Below are positions 30,202 to 40,412 of a stretch of DNA of 64,000 nucleotides, in pieces. The stretch lies in sequence record SRR31156797_760; one strand, written 5' to 3'. Made by a program: the position numbers and the translations under genes. The notes under the pieces were generated by a model. It was not told the DNA's origin. It did no database searches and saw only the letters and a list, made by a program, of their open reading frames with translations. The first letter of the stretch is position 1, and every line of letters starts with the position of its first letter.

Positions 30202-31061
30202 GTACCTTGACCATGGGTAAACAAAGCCGCCTTTCGCTCAACAAACGGAGCAAACGAAGCAACAAGCTCAAACGTAAGCCAAAATCTCCGCGCAGATTGA
30301 CCGGCACGGGCCAATTCATTGTCCGTACGATAATGGGCCTGCTTGTCCTGTCGCTCATCGCCGTTCTCGGTGTGGGGCTGTTGTATGGGTATCGCCTCAT
30401 GACATCTCACCCATATTTCGAACTCAAGGAAATCCATATCACCGGCAATGACCGGTTGACCCATGGCGATATCCTGAACAACGCCGACGTGGCCCTGGGC
30501 CTCAATTGCATGGAAATGAACGTGGGTGAAGTGGAACGCAAACTCTCGGCAAATCCATGGATTAAATCCGTGACTGTTCGCCGAGATCTCCCCAATCGGC
30601 TCTACATCAAGGTGCAGGAAAAAGTTCCGGCCTTTTGGACTCGCAAGGGAAACAACCTCTATTTTGCGGATGCCATGGGTGAGGAAATTGCCCCCATGAA
30701 TCCCGGCGAACTGGCATCCCTCCCCATATTGAGTGTGGCTGACGGTCTGGAAGAAGGACCACGGGTGCTGACCGGCATCCTGCAAAAGATTAAGGACGGG
30801 CAGACGCCCTTCACCCAATCTCAGGCTGCCTGGATCAAGCTGACCAGTGCGCACGAAATGGAAATTTACCTGGATGGACACGCCATGGGCAAAGGGCTGA
30901 CGATCAAACTTTCCACCGACAGATGGGAAGTACAGTTAGAACGCCTCAAAGTTGTCTGGCGTGACCTCATGAATAGAAATGAATTCAAGAACGCCGCAAT
31001 TATCGCGGCCAGTGGCGATAAAGTTTGGATAAAGAAGCGTACTCTTCCCGCAGCGGGATAA
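30198..31061 (+). CDS. ftsQ: Cell division protein FtsQ/DivIB
   Basis: Basic N-terminus, one TM, POTRA-like PWIKSVTVRRDLPN; position before ftsA. Confidence 0.85.
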   Translation: MSTLTMGKQSRLSLNKRSKRSNKLKRKPKSPRRLTGTGQFIVRTIMGLLVLSLIAVLGVGLLYGYRLMTSHPYFELKEIHITGNDRLTHGDILNNADVALGLNCMEMNVGEVERKLSANPWIKSVTVRRDLPNRLYIKVQEKVPAFWTRKGNNLYFADAMGEEIAPMNPGELASLPILSVADGLEEGPRVLTGILQKIKDGQTPFTQSQAAWIKLTSAHEMEIYLDGHAMGKGLTIKLSTDRWEVQLERLKVVWRDLMNRNEFKNAAIIAASGDKVWIKKRTLPAAG

Positions 31062-31109
31062 ACGCATCAGAATATTACAGGATTACCGGGAATAACAGAG
31101 GAGTTATTT

Positions 31110-32345
31110 ATGGCTAGGAATGATTTACTCGTCGGGCTGGACGTCGGCACCACCAAGATATGCACTGTGGTGGGCGAGGCCTCTGAGAACGGCGTCGATA
31201 TCATCGGCATCGGTACGGCTCCCAGCACAGGTCTGCGTCGAGGCGTGGTTGTCAACATCGAAAAGACAGTCCAGTGCATCAAGAAATCTCTTGAAGACGC
31301 TGAACTCATGGCCGGTTGTGATATCCGTACAGTCTACGCTGGTATAGCCGGAAGCCACATTCAAGGCTTCAACTCCCACGGCGTGATCGCAGTCAAGGGC
31401 GGCGAAGTCACCCAGCGCGACGTGGACCGGGTTATTGAGGCAGCCAAGGCTATCGCGATCCCCATGGATCGCGAAGTTCTGCACACGCTGCCACAGGAAT
31501 TTATCGTGGATGACCAGCGTGGCATCGCCGATCCGCTCGGCATGGCTGGCGTTCGCCTTGAGGTGAAGGTCCACATCGTTACCGGTGCAGTCACTTCAGC
31601 CCAGAACATCATCCGTTCATGCAACCGCTCCGGGCTTGACGTTTCCAACATCGTGTTGGAATCGCTCGCCTCCAGCAAGGCCGTACTTTCCCCCGAAGAA
31701 CGGGAAATCGGTGTGGCTTTGGTTGACATCGGCGGCGGCACCACAGACATCGCAGTCTTTTCCAAGGACTCTATCAAGCACACCAGCGTCCTTGCACTCG
31801 GCGGCCACAACCTGACCAATGATATCGCATACGGTCTGCGCACCCCCATGATGTCTGCGGAAAAGATCAAGATGGACTTCGGCTGCGCCATGGCCGATCT
31901 GGTCACGCAGGAAGAAATCATCGAAGTCCCCAGTGTGGGTGGACGTGAGTCCAGAAAAATGAGCAAGCGCGTGCTGTCGGAAATCTGCGAACCGCGCTGC
32001 GAAGAAATCCTTGCACTGGTCGACCAGGAACTCATCAAATCCGGGTTCAAGAACATGATCGCGGCTGGAGTGGTCCTGACTGGCGGCACGGTCATGATCG
32101 AAGGCATGCAGGAACTTGCCGAACAAATTTTCGACCTGCCGGTACGTATAGGAGTCCCGGGTGAAGGCATTGGCGGACTGACCGCTGAAGTCCGTAGCCC
32201 GAAATATGCCACGGCGGTCGGTCTGTTGCTCCACGGGGCCGAAGAGGAAGGCCTGCACAAGGTCCGGCCCTTCAAGATTCGCGATGATTCCGGTTTCGAC
32301 CGTATCGTTTCGCGCATGAAAAAATGGTTCACAGACATTGCTTAA
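31110..32345 (+). CDS. ftsA: Cell division protein FtsA
   Basis: GLDVGTTK, VDIGGGTTD, GVVLTGG. Confidence 0.97.
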   Translation: MARNDLLVGLDVGTTKICTVVGEASENGVDIIGIGTAPSTGLRRGVVVNIEKTVQCIKKSLEDAELMAGCDIRTVYAGIAGSHIQGFNSHGVIAVKGGEVTQRDVDRVIEAAKAIAIPMDREVLHTLPQEFIVDDQRGIADPLGMAGVRLEVKVHIVTGAVTSAQNIIRSCNRSGLDVSNIVLESLASSKAVLSPEEREIGVALVDIGGGTTDIAVFSKDSIKHTSVLALGGHNLTNDIAYGLRTPMMSAEKIKMDFGCAMADLVTQEEIIEVPSVGGRESRKMSKRVLSEICEPRCEEILALVDQELIKSGFKNMIAAGVVLTGGTVMIEGMQELAEQIFDLPVRIGVPGEGIGGLTAEVRSPKYATAVGLLLHGAEEEGLHKVRPFKIRDDSGFDRIVSRMKKWFTDIA

Positions 32346-32408
32346 GGAATGAGCTTTTTTGAGGATACAGGGAACATTCAACAGGGAATATTCTGAGGAG
32401 GACACGTA

Positions 32409-33671
32409 ATGGAATACTTTGAAATCGAACACGAAAGTAACGCCAAAATCAAAGTCGTCGGTTGTGGCGGCGGTGGCGGCAATGCAGTCAACAACATGAT
32501 CCAATCCGCGCTCAAAGGCGTAAAATTCATCGTTGCGAACACTGACCATCAGGACATTGACAAATCTCTGGCCGAGCACAAAATCCAGATCGGTGAAAAA
32601 CTGACCAAGGGTCTTGGCGCAGGCGCCAACCCCGAAATCGGCCGTTCTGCCGCTATGGAATCCGTGGATCATATCCGCGAAGCTCTTGATGGCGCAGACA
32701 TGGTCTTCATCACCGCCGGTATGGGCGGCGGCACCGGCACAGGTTCCGCTCCGGTCGTGGCTCAGGTAGCCAAGGAACTCGGCGCGCTCACCGTTGGTGT
32801 CGTGACCAAGCCTTTCTATTTTGAAGGCAAACGTCGTCTGGAACAGGCTGACGAAGGAGCCAAGGCTCTGTCTGAAGTGGTGGATTCCATCATCACAATC
32901 CCTAACGACCGTCTGCTTCAGTTGGCTGCCAAAAAGGCCTCCTTCTCCGACATGCTGAAAAAGGCCGATGAAGTCCTGTACTACGCAGTCAAGGGTATCG
33001 CTGATCTGATCACCGTGCACGGCCTGATCAACCTCGACTTCGCGGACGTAAAAGCTGCCATGTCCAGCTCGGGTATGGCACTCATGGGTACCGGAATCGC
33101 TTCCGGCGAAACCCGCGCCAAGGAAGCTGCCATGAAAGCCATTACCAGCCCGCTGCTGGAGGATGTTTCCATCGAAGGTGCCAAAGGCGTACTTATCAAC
33201 ATTACCTGCGGCCCGGACATGCTCATTGATGAGGTGTCTGAAGCTGCTGATATTATTTACAACGAAGCGCATGACGATGCCGAAATATTCTTCGGTACGG
33301 TCTTTGACCCGGATGCTGGCGACGAAATGCGCATCACCGTCATCGCCACAGGCATCGAAACCGTCCTTGAGGAAGCCGAACCCGTCCTGAGCAAGGCAGA
33401 ACAGCAGAAGCTTCTGTTGCTTGGCAAACCTCGCGGCATGGGACAGCCCGCTGTAGACACACAGCCTCGTCGTTCTGGTCACCAACAGGTACTCAACACC
33501 GACCGAAACATCCCTGCGTACTTACGCAAGGCCGGTGGAGAACTGAACACCACGGAAGCACCGTCCATGCAGCAGACTCGCCGAGTCGTTGCCGGTCCCG
33601 GTGAAGAAGAGTTCATTTTCGAGGACGATGACTTCGAAGTCCCCGCCTTCATCCGAAAGAATGTAGACTAG
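32409..33671 (+). CDS. ftsZ: Cell division protein FtsZ
   Basis: [25 protein letters not shown]-terminal VPAFIR. Confidence 0.98.
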   Translation: MEYFEIEHESNAKIKVVGCGGGGGNAVNNMIQSALKGVKFIVANTDHQDIDKSLAEHKIQIGEKLTKGLGAGANPEIGRSAAMESVDHIREALDGADMVFITAGMGGGTGTGSAPVVAQVAKELGALTVGVVTKPFYFEGKRRLEQADEGAKALSEVVDSIITIPNDRLLQLAAKKASFSDMLKKADEVLYYAVKGIADLITVHGLINLDFADVKAAMSSSGMALMGTGIASGETRAKEAAMKAITSPLLEDVSIEGAKGVLINITCGPDMLIDEVSEAADIIYNEAHDDAEIFFGTVFDPDAGDEMRITVIATGIETVLEEAEPVLSKAEQQKLLLLGKPRGMGQPAVDTQPRRSGHQQVLNTDRNIPAYLRKAGGELNTTEAPSMQQTRRVVAGPGEEEFIFEDDDFEVPAFIRKNVD

Positions 33672-33703
33672 GACCATGAAAACTCACGTGGAGGGAAAAC
33701 GCT

Positions 33704-35362
33704 ATCGTTAAGCGAACCCTGTATTATGGTGTCGAGGAGCCTGATGCTCCCGTCCTCGGTGGCCGACTCCCTGTAGCGCTGGCCGTTCCCGGAGGCGATA
33801 AAGCCGCCATATCCACCCTCGGATGGCAAGCCGTTTATCGGACGCTGACCGAGGAACCCGGCTTAGCCGTTGAACGTGTCTTCCCGGACAAGCTGGGATT
33901 GACCGATGGCGCAGACCCGAAAACACGTGAATCAAATAGCCCACTATCCTCATTCCCTGTAATCGCCTGGAGCATTACGTTCGAGGAGGACTTCCTCAGC
34001 CTTCCTCGAACGCTCCGGGCAGCGGGCGTTCCGCCTCTTGCGGCGGAACGCCCTTCTCTTCCCTTGGTCATCTGCGGTGGTCCCATTGCCTTTCTCAACC
34101 CCGCCCCTATCGCTCCCTTCATTGATCTGTTCTGGGTCGGTGAGGCTGACAAACAATTTTTGAACCTCTTCGACACGGTGAAACGACTGGTCTTTGACGG
34201 CAAAGACAAGGAAGAAATTCTTGATTCCATCAAGGACATGCCGGGAGTCTATGCCCCTAGACGTTCGAAAACACCGGTTAAACGGCTCACTTCCGGCCCA
34301 ACTGGCACTTTGAACGACCCTGCGTTCTCCTGCTTCATATCGGGCCGCGCCGCCTTCCGTGACACCATGTTGCTTGAGGTCAACCGGGGATGTCCTTATG
34401 GCTGCCGCTTCTGCGCTGCCGGGTACATTTACCGCCCTCCTCGCCTCGCTAAAATTGACGAACTCAAGCGTATCGTCGAACTTTCCGACCCGCCCAAAGT
34501 AGGATTGGTTGGAACAGCCCTGACGGACTGGCCTGACCTACTGCCTTTCCTGAAATGGCTGCACAGTAAAAAAAAGAAATTTTCGCTTTCTTCCATGCGT
34601 GCCGACGGCATTACTGAAGAATTGCTCGTCTACTTGCGGGAACGCGGTATCCGTACAGTGACCCTTGCGCTGGAAGGCGCGTCAGAACGCCTTCGCCGCA
34701 TGATGAGCAAAAAACTCGACTCCAAAGATTTCCTGAACGCAGTCAGATTATGCGCTCGGTATGGAGTCAATCATCTGAAGCTGTATCTCATTGTCGGATG
34801 GCCCGGTGAAACTGACGCCGATTATGAAGAACTTAAACAATTTCTCAATGAAATACTTCGCATTCGCTCTGAAGAACCGGGCGGCAAAAAAAAGCACCTG
34901 ATGCGCATAACAATCGGCATCAGTACTCTCGTCCCAAAGCCGTTTACACCATTTCAATGGGCTCCCATGATGGACGAAGCCTCTCTTGATGCACGCATGA
35001 AACAACTCGTTCACATGGTCAAACCCTTCAAGGGCGTTACCTTGCAGCATGACTCGCCATTTCAAGCACGCCTGCAAGGACTGCTTGCCCGTGGAGGTGA
35101 AGAACTGGCCGAATTCATCCAGCTCGCAGCAGAACATGGCGGTTGGAAAAAAGCCCTCAAACGATGGGGTGGCGATCCGTCCCATATTATCGACAGAGAA
35201 CGAGACAAGGATGAGGCGTTCCCATGGGAAGTCGTGGACATTGGTGTAAAACGTGAATTCCTCTGGAAAGAATGGGAAAAAGCCAAAATCGCCAAAGTCT
35301 CCCCTAAATGCCCATCCATGGACTGCTCAAAATGCGGTATGTGCGGTATGGAAAGAAGTTAA
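33704..35362 (+). CDS. Radical SAM protein; probable non-canonical ATC start
   Basis: RGCPYGCRFC motif and C-terminal CxxxxCxxCxxC. The frame is open upstream of 33899 with family-like sequence, and GGAGG at 33690-33694 precedes ATC at 33704. Start is uncertain. Confidence 0.85.
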   Translation: MVKRTLYYGVEEPDAPVLGGRLPVALAVPGGDKAAISTLGWQAVYRTLTEEPGLAVERVFPDKLGLTDGADPKTRESNSPLSSFPVIAWSITFEEDFLSLPRTLRAAGVPPLAAERPSLPLVICGGPIAFLNPAPIAPFIDLFWVGEADKQFLNLFDTVKRLVFDGKDKEEILDSIKDMPGVYAPRRSKTPVKRLTSGPTGTLNDPAFSCFISGRAAFRDTMLLEVNRGCPYGCRFCAAGYIYRPPRLAKIDELKRIVELSDPPKVGLVGTALTDWPDLLPFLKWLHSKKKKFSLSSMRADGITEELLVYLRERGIRTVTLALEGASERLRRMMSKKLDSKDFLNAVRLCARYGVNHLKLYLIVGWPGETDADYEELKQFLNEILRIRSEEPGGKKKHLMRITIGISTLVPKPFTPFQWAPMMDEASLDARMKQLVHMVKPFKGVTLQHDSPFQARLQGLLARGGEELAEFIQLAAEHGGWKKALKRWGGDPSHIIDRERDKDEAFPWEVVDIGVKREFLWKEWEKAKIAKVSPKCPSMDCSKCGMCGMERS

Positions 35363-35602
35363 ATTTCCAAATCACTACCCGCTTTTTTCTTCAGAGACAA
35401 AAACTCACAGCATCGACAGCAACACGTATAGACAATTTATTCATTATACCTCTTCAAGCCATTGAAAAAACAGTTGTACTTTTATGAACAACTTATTGTA
35501 TATATCAAAACAATAGAGTTACGTGTTTGATACATACTGCGTTTCAACCGATTCCTCGAATCACTTACCGAGGACCGGCAATTCGATTTATTGAGGATAC
35601 TC

Positions 35603-36355
35603 ATGCGCCTGCTGCACGTCTTCATTGTCTTCATACTCCTGCTCATGTCGTTTACGCCATGTCAGGCAAGACAATTAATCGTCCTCTTTGGCACAGACTC
35701 CAAACCTCCTAAATCATGGAAGAAAGAGAATAGTCCTTGTGGTATTCAGGTCGATATCCTGCGTGAAATCGAATTTCGAACCGACCTAACTTTTGATATC
35801 CACATGTACCCTTGGAAACGGGCTTATATGAATGCGCTTGAAGGAAAAGGTGGCATTTTTGGTCTCTCCATGACCGAAGAACGCAAAAAAATATTCGATT
35901 ACTCCCACGTCATGTACATGGACGAAATGCGTCTGATCACCCTCAAGGGACATGAATTCCCCTTTCATTCCATACAGGACCTCAAAGGCAAAACCATCGG
36001 CGTCACTCGCGGCGCTTCTTATGGCGATGCGTATGACAAAGCGCTCGGGACCGTCTTTACCCCATGTTATGACGGTCAACCTCTTATCAGACTCCGTATG
36101 CTTCTGGCTGGACGCACAGATGCAGCATTGATCGGTCCCGGCAAAACCGCAATCAACTACGTTGTGAAGAATGACGCTCGGTTAAAAACCAAAATTCATA
36201 AATTTACCGTTCTGGACACCCCTTTTAATATCGATCCCAACTTTATCGGCTTCCACAAAAGCATGCGACAAGGGGAAACTCTGCTCAAGATCAACCGCGC
36301 TCTCAAGTCCATGTGGAATGATGGAACCATTTCAAGAATTGTGAATAAATATTGA
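35603..36355 (+). CDS. Periplasmic solute-binding protein, family 3 (orphan)
   Basis: Signal peptide; YPWKRA and DLKGKTIGVTRGASYG; GAGGA SD. Confidence 0.85.
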   Translation: MRLLHVFIVFILLLMSFTPCQARQLIVLFGTDSKPPKSWKKENSPCGIQVDILREIEFRTDLTFDIHMYPWKRAYMNALEGKGGIFGLSMTEERKKIFDYSHVMYMDEMRLITLKGHEFPFHSIQDLKGKTIGVTRGASYGDAYDKALGTVFTPCYDGQPLIRLRMLLAGRTDAALIGPGKTAINYVVKNDARLKTKIHKFTVLDTPFNIDPNFIGFHKSMRQGETLLKINRALKSMWNDGTISRIVNKY

Positions 36356-36375
36356 AATCCAACAAACGGAGCACC

Positions 36376-37074
36376 ATGTTTCAACGCATACCTCACGTCC
36401 ACCGTCTGCTACTTTCAATCCTTGTTCTCACGTGTCTGCTGTCAATTCCTGCTTCTGCCGACTCTCTCCCTGATGGCTTTGTCAGACTCAATCAATTCAT
36501 ACCGGACGCCGCTTACGATGTGCGTTATTACAACGGCCACAATTTCGTTGGCGAACGGATCGACGGGTACACTGCTCCGGTGGTCATTCTGACAATTCAG
36601 GCAGCCACCGCACTCAAGCAGGTTCAAACAGATCTCAGACCATTCAACCTTGGCCTTAAAATCTTTGACGGATACCGTCCTCAACAGGCTGTCGACCACT
36701 TTGCGCGCTGGGCCAAAGACATCAACGATACCCGAACGAAACCGGAATTTTATCCTGACGTGGATAAACGATATCTTTTCCGCGATGGCTACATAGCAGC
36801 CAAGTCCGGCCATTCGCGCGGCTCCACAGTCGATCTGACCATCATCGACCTCACCACCAAAACAGAGCTCGACATGGGCACCTCCTTCGATTTCTTTGGT
36901 CCTAAATCCTGGCCAGACAACAAATCCATGCCGCCCAAAGTCCGCGCCAACCGCGCTCTGCTTCAAACCATCATGCGCAACAACGGCTTCAAACACCTCA
37001 AAGAAGAATGGTGGCACTTCACCCTCAAAAACGAACCGTACACGGACACCTACTTCAACTTTCCAATAAATTAA
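36376..37074 (+). CDS. D-Ala-D-Ala dipeptidase (VanX/DdpX, peptidase M15D) with signal peptide
   Basis: DGYRPQ, SGHSRGSTVD, EWWHF. Confidence 0.92.
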   Translation: MFQRIPHVHRLLLSILVLTCLLSIPASADSLPDGFVRLNQFIPDAAYDVRYYNGHNFVGERIDGYTAPVVILTIQAATALKQVQTDLRPFNLGLKIFDGYRPQQAVDHFARWAKDINDTRTKPEFYPDVDKRYLFRDGYIAAKSGHSRGSTVDLTIIDLTTKTELDMGTSFDFFGPKSWPDNKSMPPKVRANRALLQTIMRNNGFKHLKEEWWHFTLKNEPYTDTYFNFPIN

Positions 37075-37130
37075 GTACCTTCTTGCGCGAAGCGCACACA
37101 AATAATTTAGGAAAAGAGAGGGATGGGGGT

Positions 37131-37187
37131 CCGGGGGAAGGGAGAGAAAGCACCCTTTCCAAAGGGTTTTTCTCTCCCTTCTTCCGG
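37131..37187. repeat. Long intergenic palindrome (REP-like element)
   Basis: CCGGGGGAAGGGAGAGAAA..ACCCTTT/AAAGGGT..TTTCTCTCCCTTCTTCCGG; separate from the adjacent terminator. Confidence 0.65.
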
Positions 37188-37198
37188 CCGTCGGAGAC

Positions 37199-37237
37199 AA
37201 AAAAGCCCCGGTTCAGCATCAACTGAACCGGGGCTTT
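37199..37237 (-). terminator. Terminator for glyA (probably bidirectional)
   Basis: AAAGCCCCGGTTCAG/CTGAACCGGGGCTTT with A-run on the left. Confidence 0.85.
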
Positions 37238-37256
37238 AAATTGTATAATTCTCGAT

Positions 37257-38495
37257 CTACCACGCGAAGAGCGGGAATTCGCGGGCGAATTCTTCAACTT
37301 CTTCGGAGATACCTTTGAGGGCCTTGTCATCGTTCATGTTGTTCAGAGCGGCAACAATGGCTTCGGATACCACGATCATGTCTTCTTCGATCATGCCGCG
37401 GGTGGTCAGAGCCGGGGTGCCAAGACGAATACCAGAAGTCTGGAACGGAGACTTGGTCTCGAACGGGATGGTGTTCTTGTTGGCGGTAATGCCTGCCTTG
37501 TCCAAAGCAATCTGGGCATCTTTACCGGTGTAGTCCTTTTCGGACAGATCGAGCAACATCATGTGGTTATCAGTGCCACCGGATACGAGCTTGTAACCGG
37601 CCTCCTGCAAGGACACGGCAAGCTGCTTGGCATTTCTGACGACCTGCTGCTGGTACTCCACGAAACCGGGAGCCAACGCTTCGCCAAAAGCCACTGCCTT
37701 GGAGGCGATGACGTGCATGAGCGGTCCGCCCTGAATGCCGGGGAAGATATTGGAGTTGAGTTCCTGCTCCAAGTCTTCGTTGGAAAGAATCATGCCGCCA
37801 CGAGGACCACGCAAAGTCTTGTGAGTCGTGGTGGTGGTGTAGTGAGCATGCTCGATGCAGCTCGGATGCTCACCAGCTGCGATAAGGCCGGCGATATGAG
37901 CCATATCCACCATCAACTTGGCACCGACCTCGTCAGCAATCTGACGGAAACGGGCAAAGTCGATAACACGCGGATATGCGGAAGCACCGGCAATAATCAT
38001 GGAAGGTTTGTTCTCTTTGGCGAGAGCTTCAACGGCATCGTAATCAATGGTCTGGGTTTCCTTGGAAACACCGTAATGAACCATGTTGAAGAGCTTACCA
38101 GAAAAGTTGACCGGAGAGCCGTGGGTCAAATGGCCGCCGTGGGACAGATCCATGCCGAGCACGGTGTCACCGGGCTTGCAGGCAGCGAAGTAGACAGCCA
38201 TGTTGGCCTGAGAACCGGAGTGCGGCTGAACATTGGCATAAGTGGCGCTGAACAGTTCCTTGGCACGATCACGGGCCAGATCTTCGACCTCGTCAACATG
38301 CTCGCAACCGCCATACCAACGCTTGCCGGGGTACCCTTCAGCGTATTTATGGGTCAAAACAGACCCTTGTGCCTGGCGCACGGCCGTGGACACGAAATTT
38401 TCACTCGCGATCAATTCAAGTTTGGAAACTTGACGATCAACCTCATCGGCGATGACAGCGGCTACTGCCGGATCCTGAATAAGCAGTTCTTCCAT
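37257..38495 (-). CDS. glyA: Serine hydroxymethyltransferase
   Basis: [33 protein letters not shown]. Confidence 0.98.
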   Translation of the reverse strand: MEELLIQDPAVAAVIADEVDRQVSKLELIASENFVSTAVRQAQGSVLTHKYAEGYPGKRWYGGCEHVDEVEDLARDRAKELFSATYANVQPHSGSQANMAVYFAACKPGDTVLGMDLSHGGHLTHGSPVNFSGKLFNMVHYGVSKETQTIDYDAVEALAKENKPSMIIAGASAYPRVIDFARFRQIADEVGAKLMVDMAHIAGLIAAGEHPSCIEHAHYTTTTTHKTLRGPRGGMILSNEDLEQELNSNIFPGIQGGPLMHVIASKAVAFGEALAPGFVEYQQQVVRNAKQLAVSLQEAGYKLVSGGTDNHMMLLDLSEKDYTGKDAQIALDKAGITANKNTIPFETKSPFQTSGIRLGTPALTTRGMIEEDMIVVSEAIVAALNNMNDDKALKGISEEVEEFAREFPLFAW

Positions 38496-38767
38496 GAAGA
38501 TACCCTCTTGTTGAATGTGGATGCGAATGGCTTCCCATGCCGATCACACGTCAGTTCAGTCATAACGCCGTTGTCCGAAAGTCAACTTTTTCATCGACTC
38601 CGTCCAATGGCTGCCGTCCGAATGTGCGGTATGGAGATCCGTCCTTATATCGTCACGAAAAGGTTGTTCAACCCTTCCGATTGGTCTTGTACGACAGAGC
38701 CTTTGTAAAGCGTTCGAGGTCAGGGTGCAAGAAAAAGACGCTCTCTTAAAAATTCGGGGGTAATCCC

Positions 38768-38798
38768 AAAAAAAAAGGGAGGCCGTTTGGCCTCCCTT
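38768..38798 (-). terminator. Terminator after fabF
   Basis: AAGGGAGGCC/GGCCTCCCTT stem with A9 on the left. Confidence 0.85.
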
Positions 38799-38802
38799 AT
38801 CG

Positions 38803-40041
38803 TTATCGTGTAAAGCGCTTGAACAGCATACAGGCGTTGGTCCCGCCAAAGCCGAACGAGTTCGACAAGGCGTAATTGGCCTGAATTTCTCGCGGCCCGT
38901 CAGCACAGACGTCCAGGTCACATTCCGGGTCCGGATTGTCCTGATTGATGGTGCCGGGGATAATTCCCTCATGCAACGTCTTGACGGCAAAAACCGCTTC
39001 CATGCCGCCTGCCGCGCCGAGCAAATGCCCGGTCTGCGACTTGTTGGCGCATATGTTGATATTGTAAGCATGATCCCCAAAGACTTTCTTGATGGCCCGT
39101 GTTTCACACAGATCATTCAATTTAGTAGAGGTTCCATGCGCATTAATATGATCAATCTCGGACGGATCAACCTTTGCCTCACGAATGGCCGCTTCCATGG
39201 CATACGCCATACCTGCGCCATCTTCCGGCGGAGCGGTCATGTGGTGGGCATCTCCGGATGCACCAAATCCGACCACTTCGGCCAGAATATTTGCACCGCG
39301 AGCTTCGGCGTGCTCCAGAGATTCCAGAAGCAACAGACCACAGCCTTCACCCATGATGAAACCGGTACGGTCTGCATCAAACGGACGAGAAGCAAGTTCC
39401 GGTTCGTCATTGCGAACGGAAAGCGCTCTCATGGCGTTAAATCCGGCCACACCCAATGGGGTAATGGTGGATTCAGAACCACCACAAATCATTGCATCCG
39501 TTCGCCCCATGGCGATATCGGTATACGCGACACCGACACCATGCGTACCGGAAGCACATGCAGTAGTGGTGCAAATATTGGGTCCCATGGCTCCAGCCTC
39601 AATGGACACCTGACCGGCAGCCATATTGGCAATGAGAATAGGAATAAAAAACGGGGAGATGCGACCCGGGCCCTTCTTCAGGAGCTTGGCATGCATTTCC
39701 TCGATAGAGTGCAGTCCACCCAACCCAACACCAACAACAGTGCCGACCCGAGCGCGCTCGGACTCAGGAACAGTCCAACCGGCTGATTCAAGCAACATCT
39801 TGGTACAACACACCGCATATTGAGTAAAAATCTCCATGCGACGAGCTTCTTTCTTGCCGATAAAAACAGTCGGATCAAAATCCCTGACCTCACCGGCAAT
39901 CTGGGTGGCATAGTCTGCAGCGTCAAATCTGGTGATCTTGCCGACTCCGGATTTCCCGGCCAGCAGATTGTCCCAACTGGTATCAACGTCATTGCCAAGG
40001 GGGGTAATGGCGGAAACGCTGGTAACAACAACCCTGTTCAT
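38803..40041 (-). CDS. fabF: Beta-ketoacyl-ACP synthase II
   Basis: TACASG, NAHGTST, GHLLGAAG, SNSFGFGG. Confidence 0.97.
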   Translation of the reverse strand: MNRVVVTSVSAITPLGNDVDTSWDNLLAGKSGVGKITRFDAADYATQIAGEVRDFDPTVFIGKKEARRMEIFTQYAVCCTKMLLESAGWTVPESERARVGTVVGVGLGGLHSIEEMHAKLLKKGPGRISPFFIPILIANMAAGQVSIEAGAMGPNICTTTACASGTHGVGVAYTDIAMGRTDAMICGGSESTITPLGVAGFNAMRALSVRNDEPELASRPFDADRTGFIMGEGCGLLLLESLEHAEARGANILAEVVGFGASGDAHHMTAPPEDGAGMAYAMEAAIREAKVDPSEIDHINAHGTSTKLNDLCETRAIKKVFGDHAYNINICANKSQTGHLLGAAGGMEAVFAVKTLHEGIIPGTINQDNPDPECDLDVCADGPREIQANYALSNSFGFGGTNACMLFKRFTR

Positions 40042-40146
40042 AATACCTATCCGTAATGTCTACGTATTGGAATGAAAAGGAGCGTCTTCCACCACTCAGG
40101 TGTACAAGACGCTCGCAATAAATAACTTTTTTCGAATCGAGCGAAT

Positions 40147-40380
40147 TTACTGAGCCTTCTCGATATGAGAAATGGCGTCGCTGACCTTGAGGATCTTCTG
40201 AGCTTCCTCGTCGTCGATTTCCAGGTCGAACTCTTCTTCCATGGCCATGATCAGTTCGGTCAGGTCCAAGGAGTCTGCACCCAGATCTTCAACAAATGCT
40301 GCGCCTTCAACGACTTCGTCTTCGGACACACCAAGCTGCTCGACAATAATCTCTTTCACTTTTGCTGCTACATCGGACAT
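40147..40380 (-). CDS. acpP: Acyl carrier protein
   Basis: [15 protein letters not shown] before ATG 40380. Confidence 0.97.
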   Translation of the reverse strand: MSDVAAKVKEIIVEQLGVSEDEVVEGAAFVEDLGADSLDLTELIMAMEEEFDLEIDDEEAQKILKVSDAISHIEKAQ

Positions 40381-40412
40381 ACTTTCCTCCAATATCAATG
40401 TTTTTTCTTAAA

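Noticed and set aside
31361-33485. Long antisense ORFs (325 aa and 622 aa) opposite ftsA and ftsZ
   Set aside because: Shadow frames of codon-biased conserved genes with no motifs; the same applies to ORFs opposite glyA, fabF, gltX, the mur genes and the NSS gene.
33676-33711. Programmed -1 frameshift at G GGA AAA joining the uORF to the radical SAM frame
   Set aside because: Joining these frames needs +1, not -1; an ATC start or an assembly indel is simpler.
38496-38760. ZMP/ZTP, glycine or THF riboswitch upstream of glyA
   Set aside because: I could not find their conserved cores by eye; kept as an unassigned leader.
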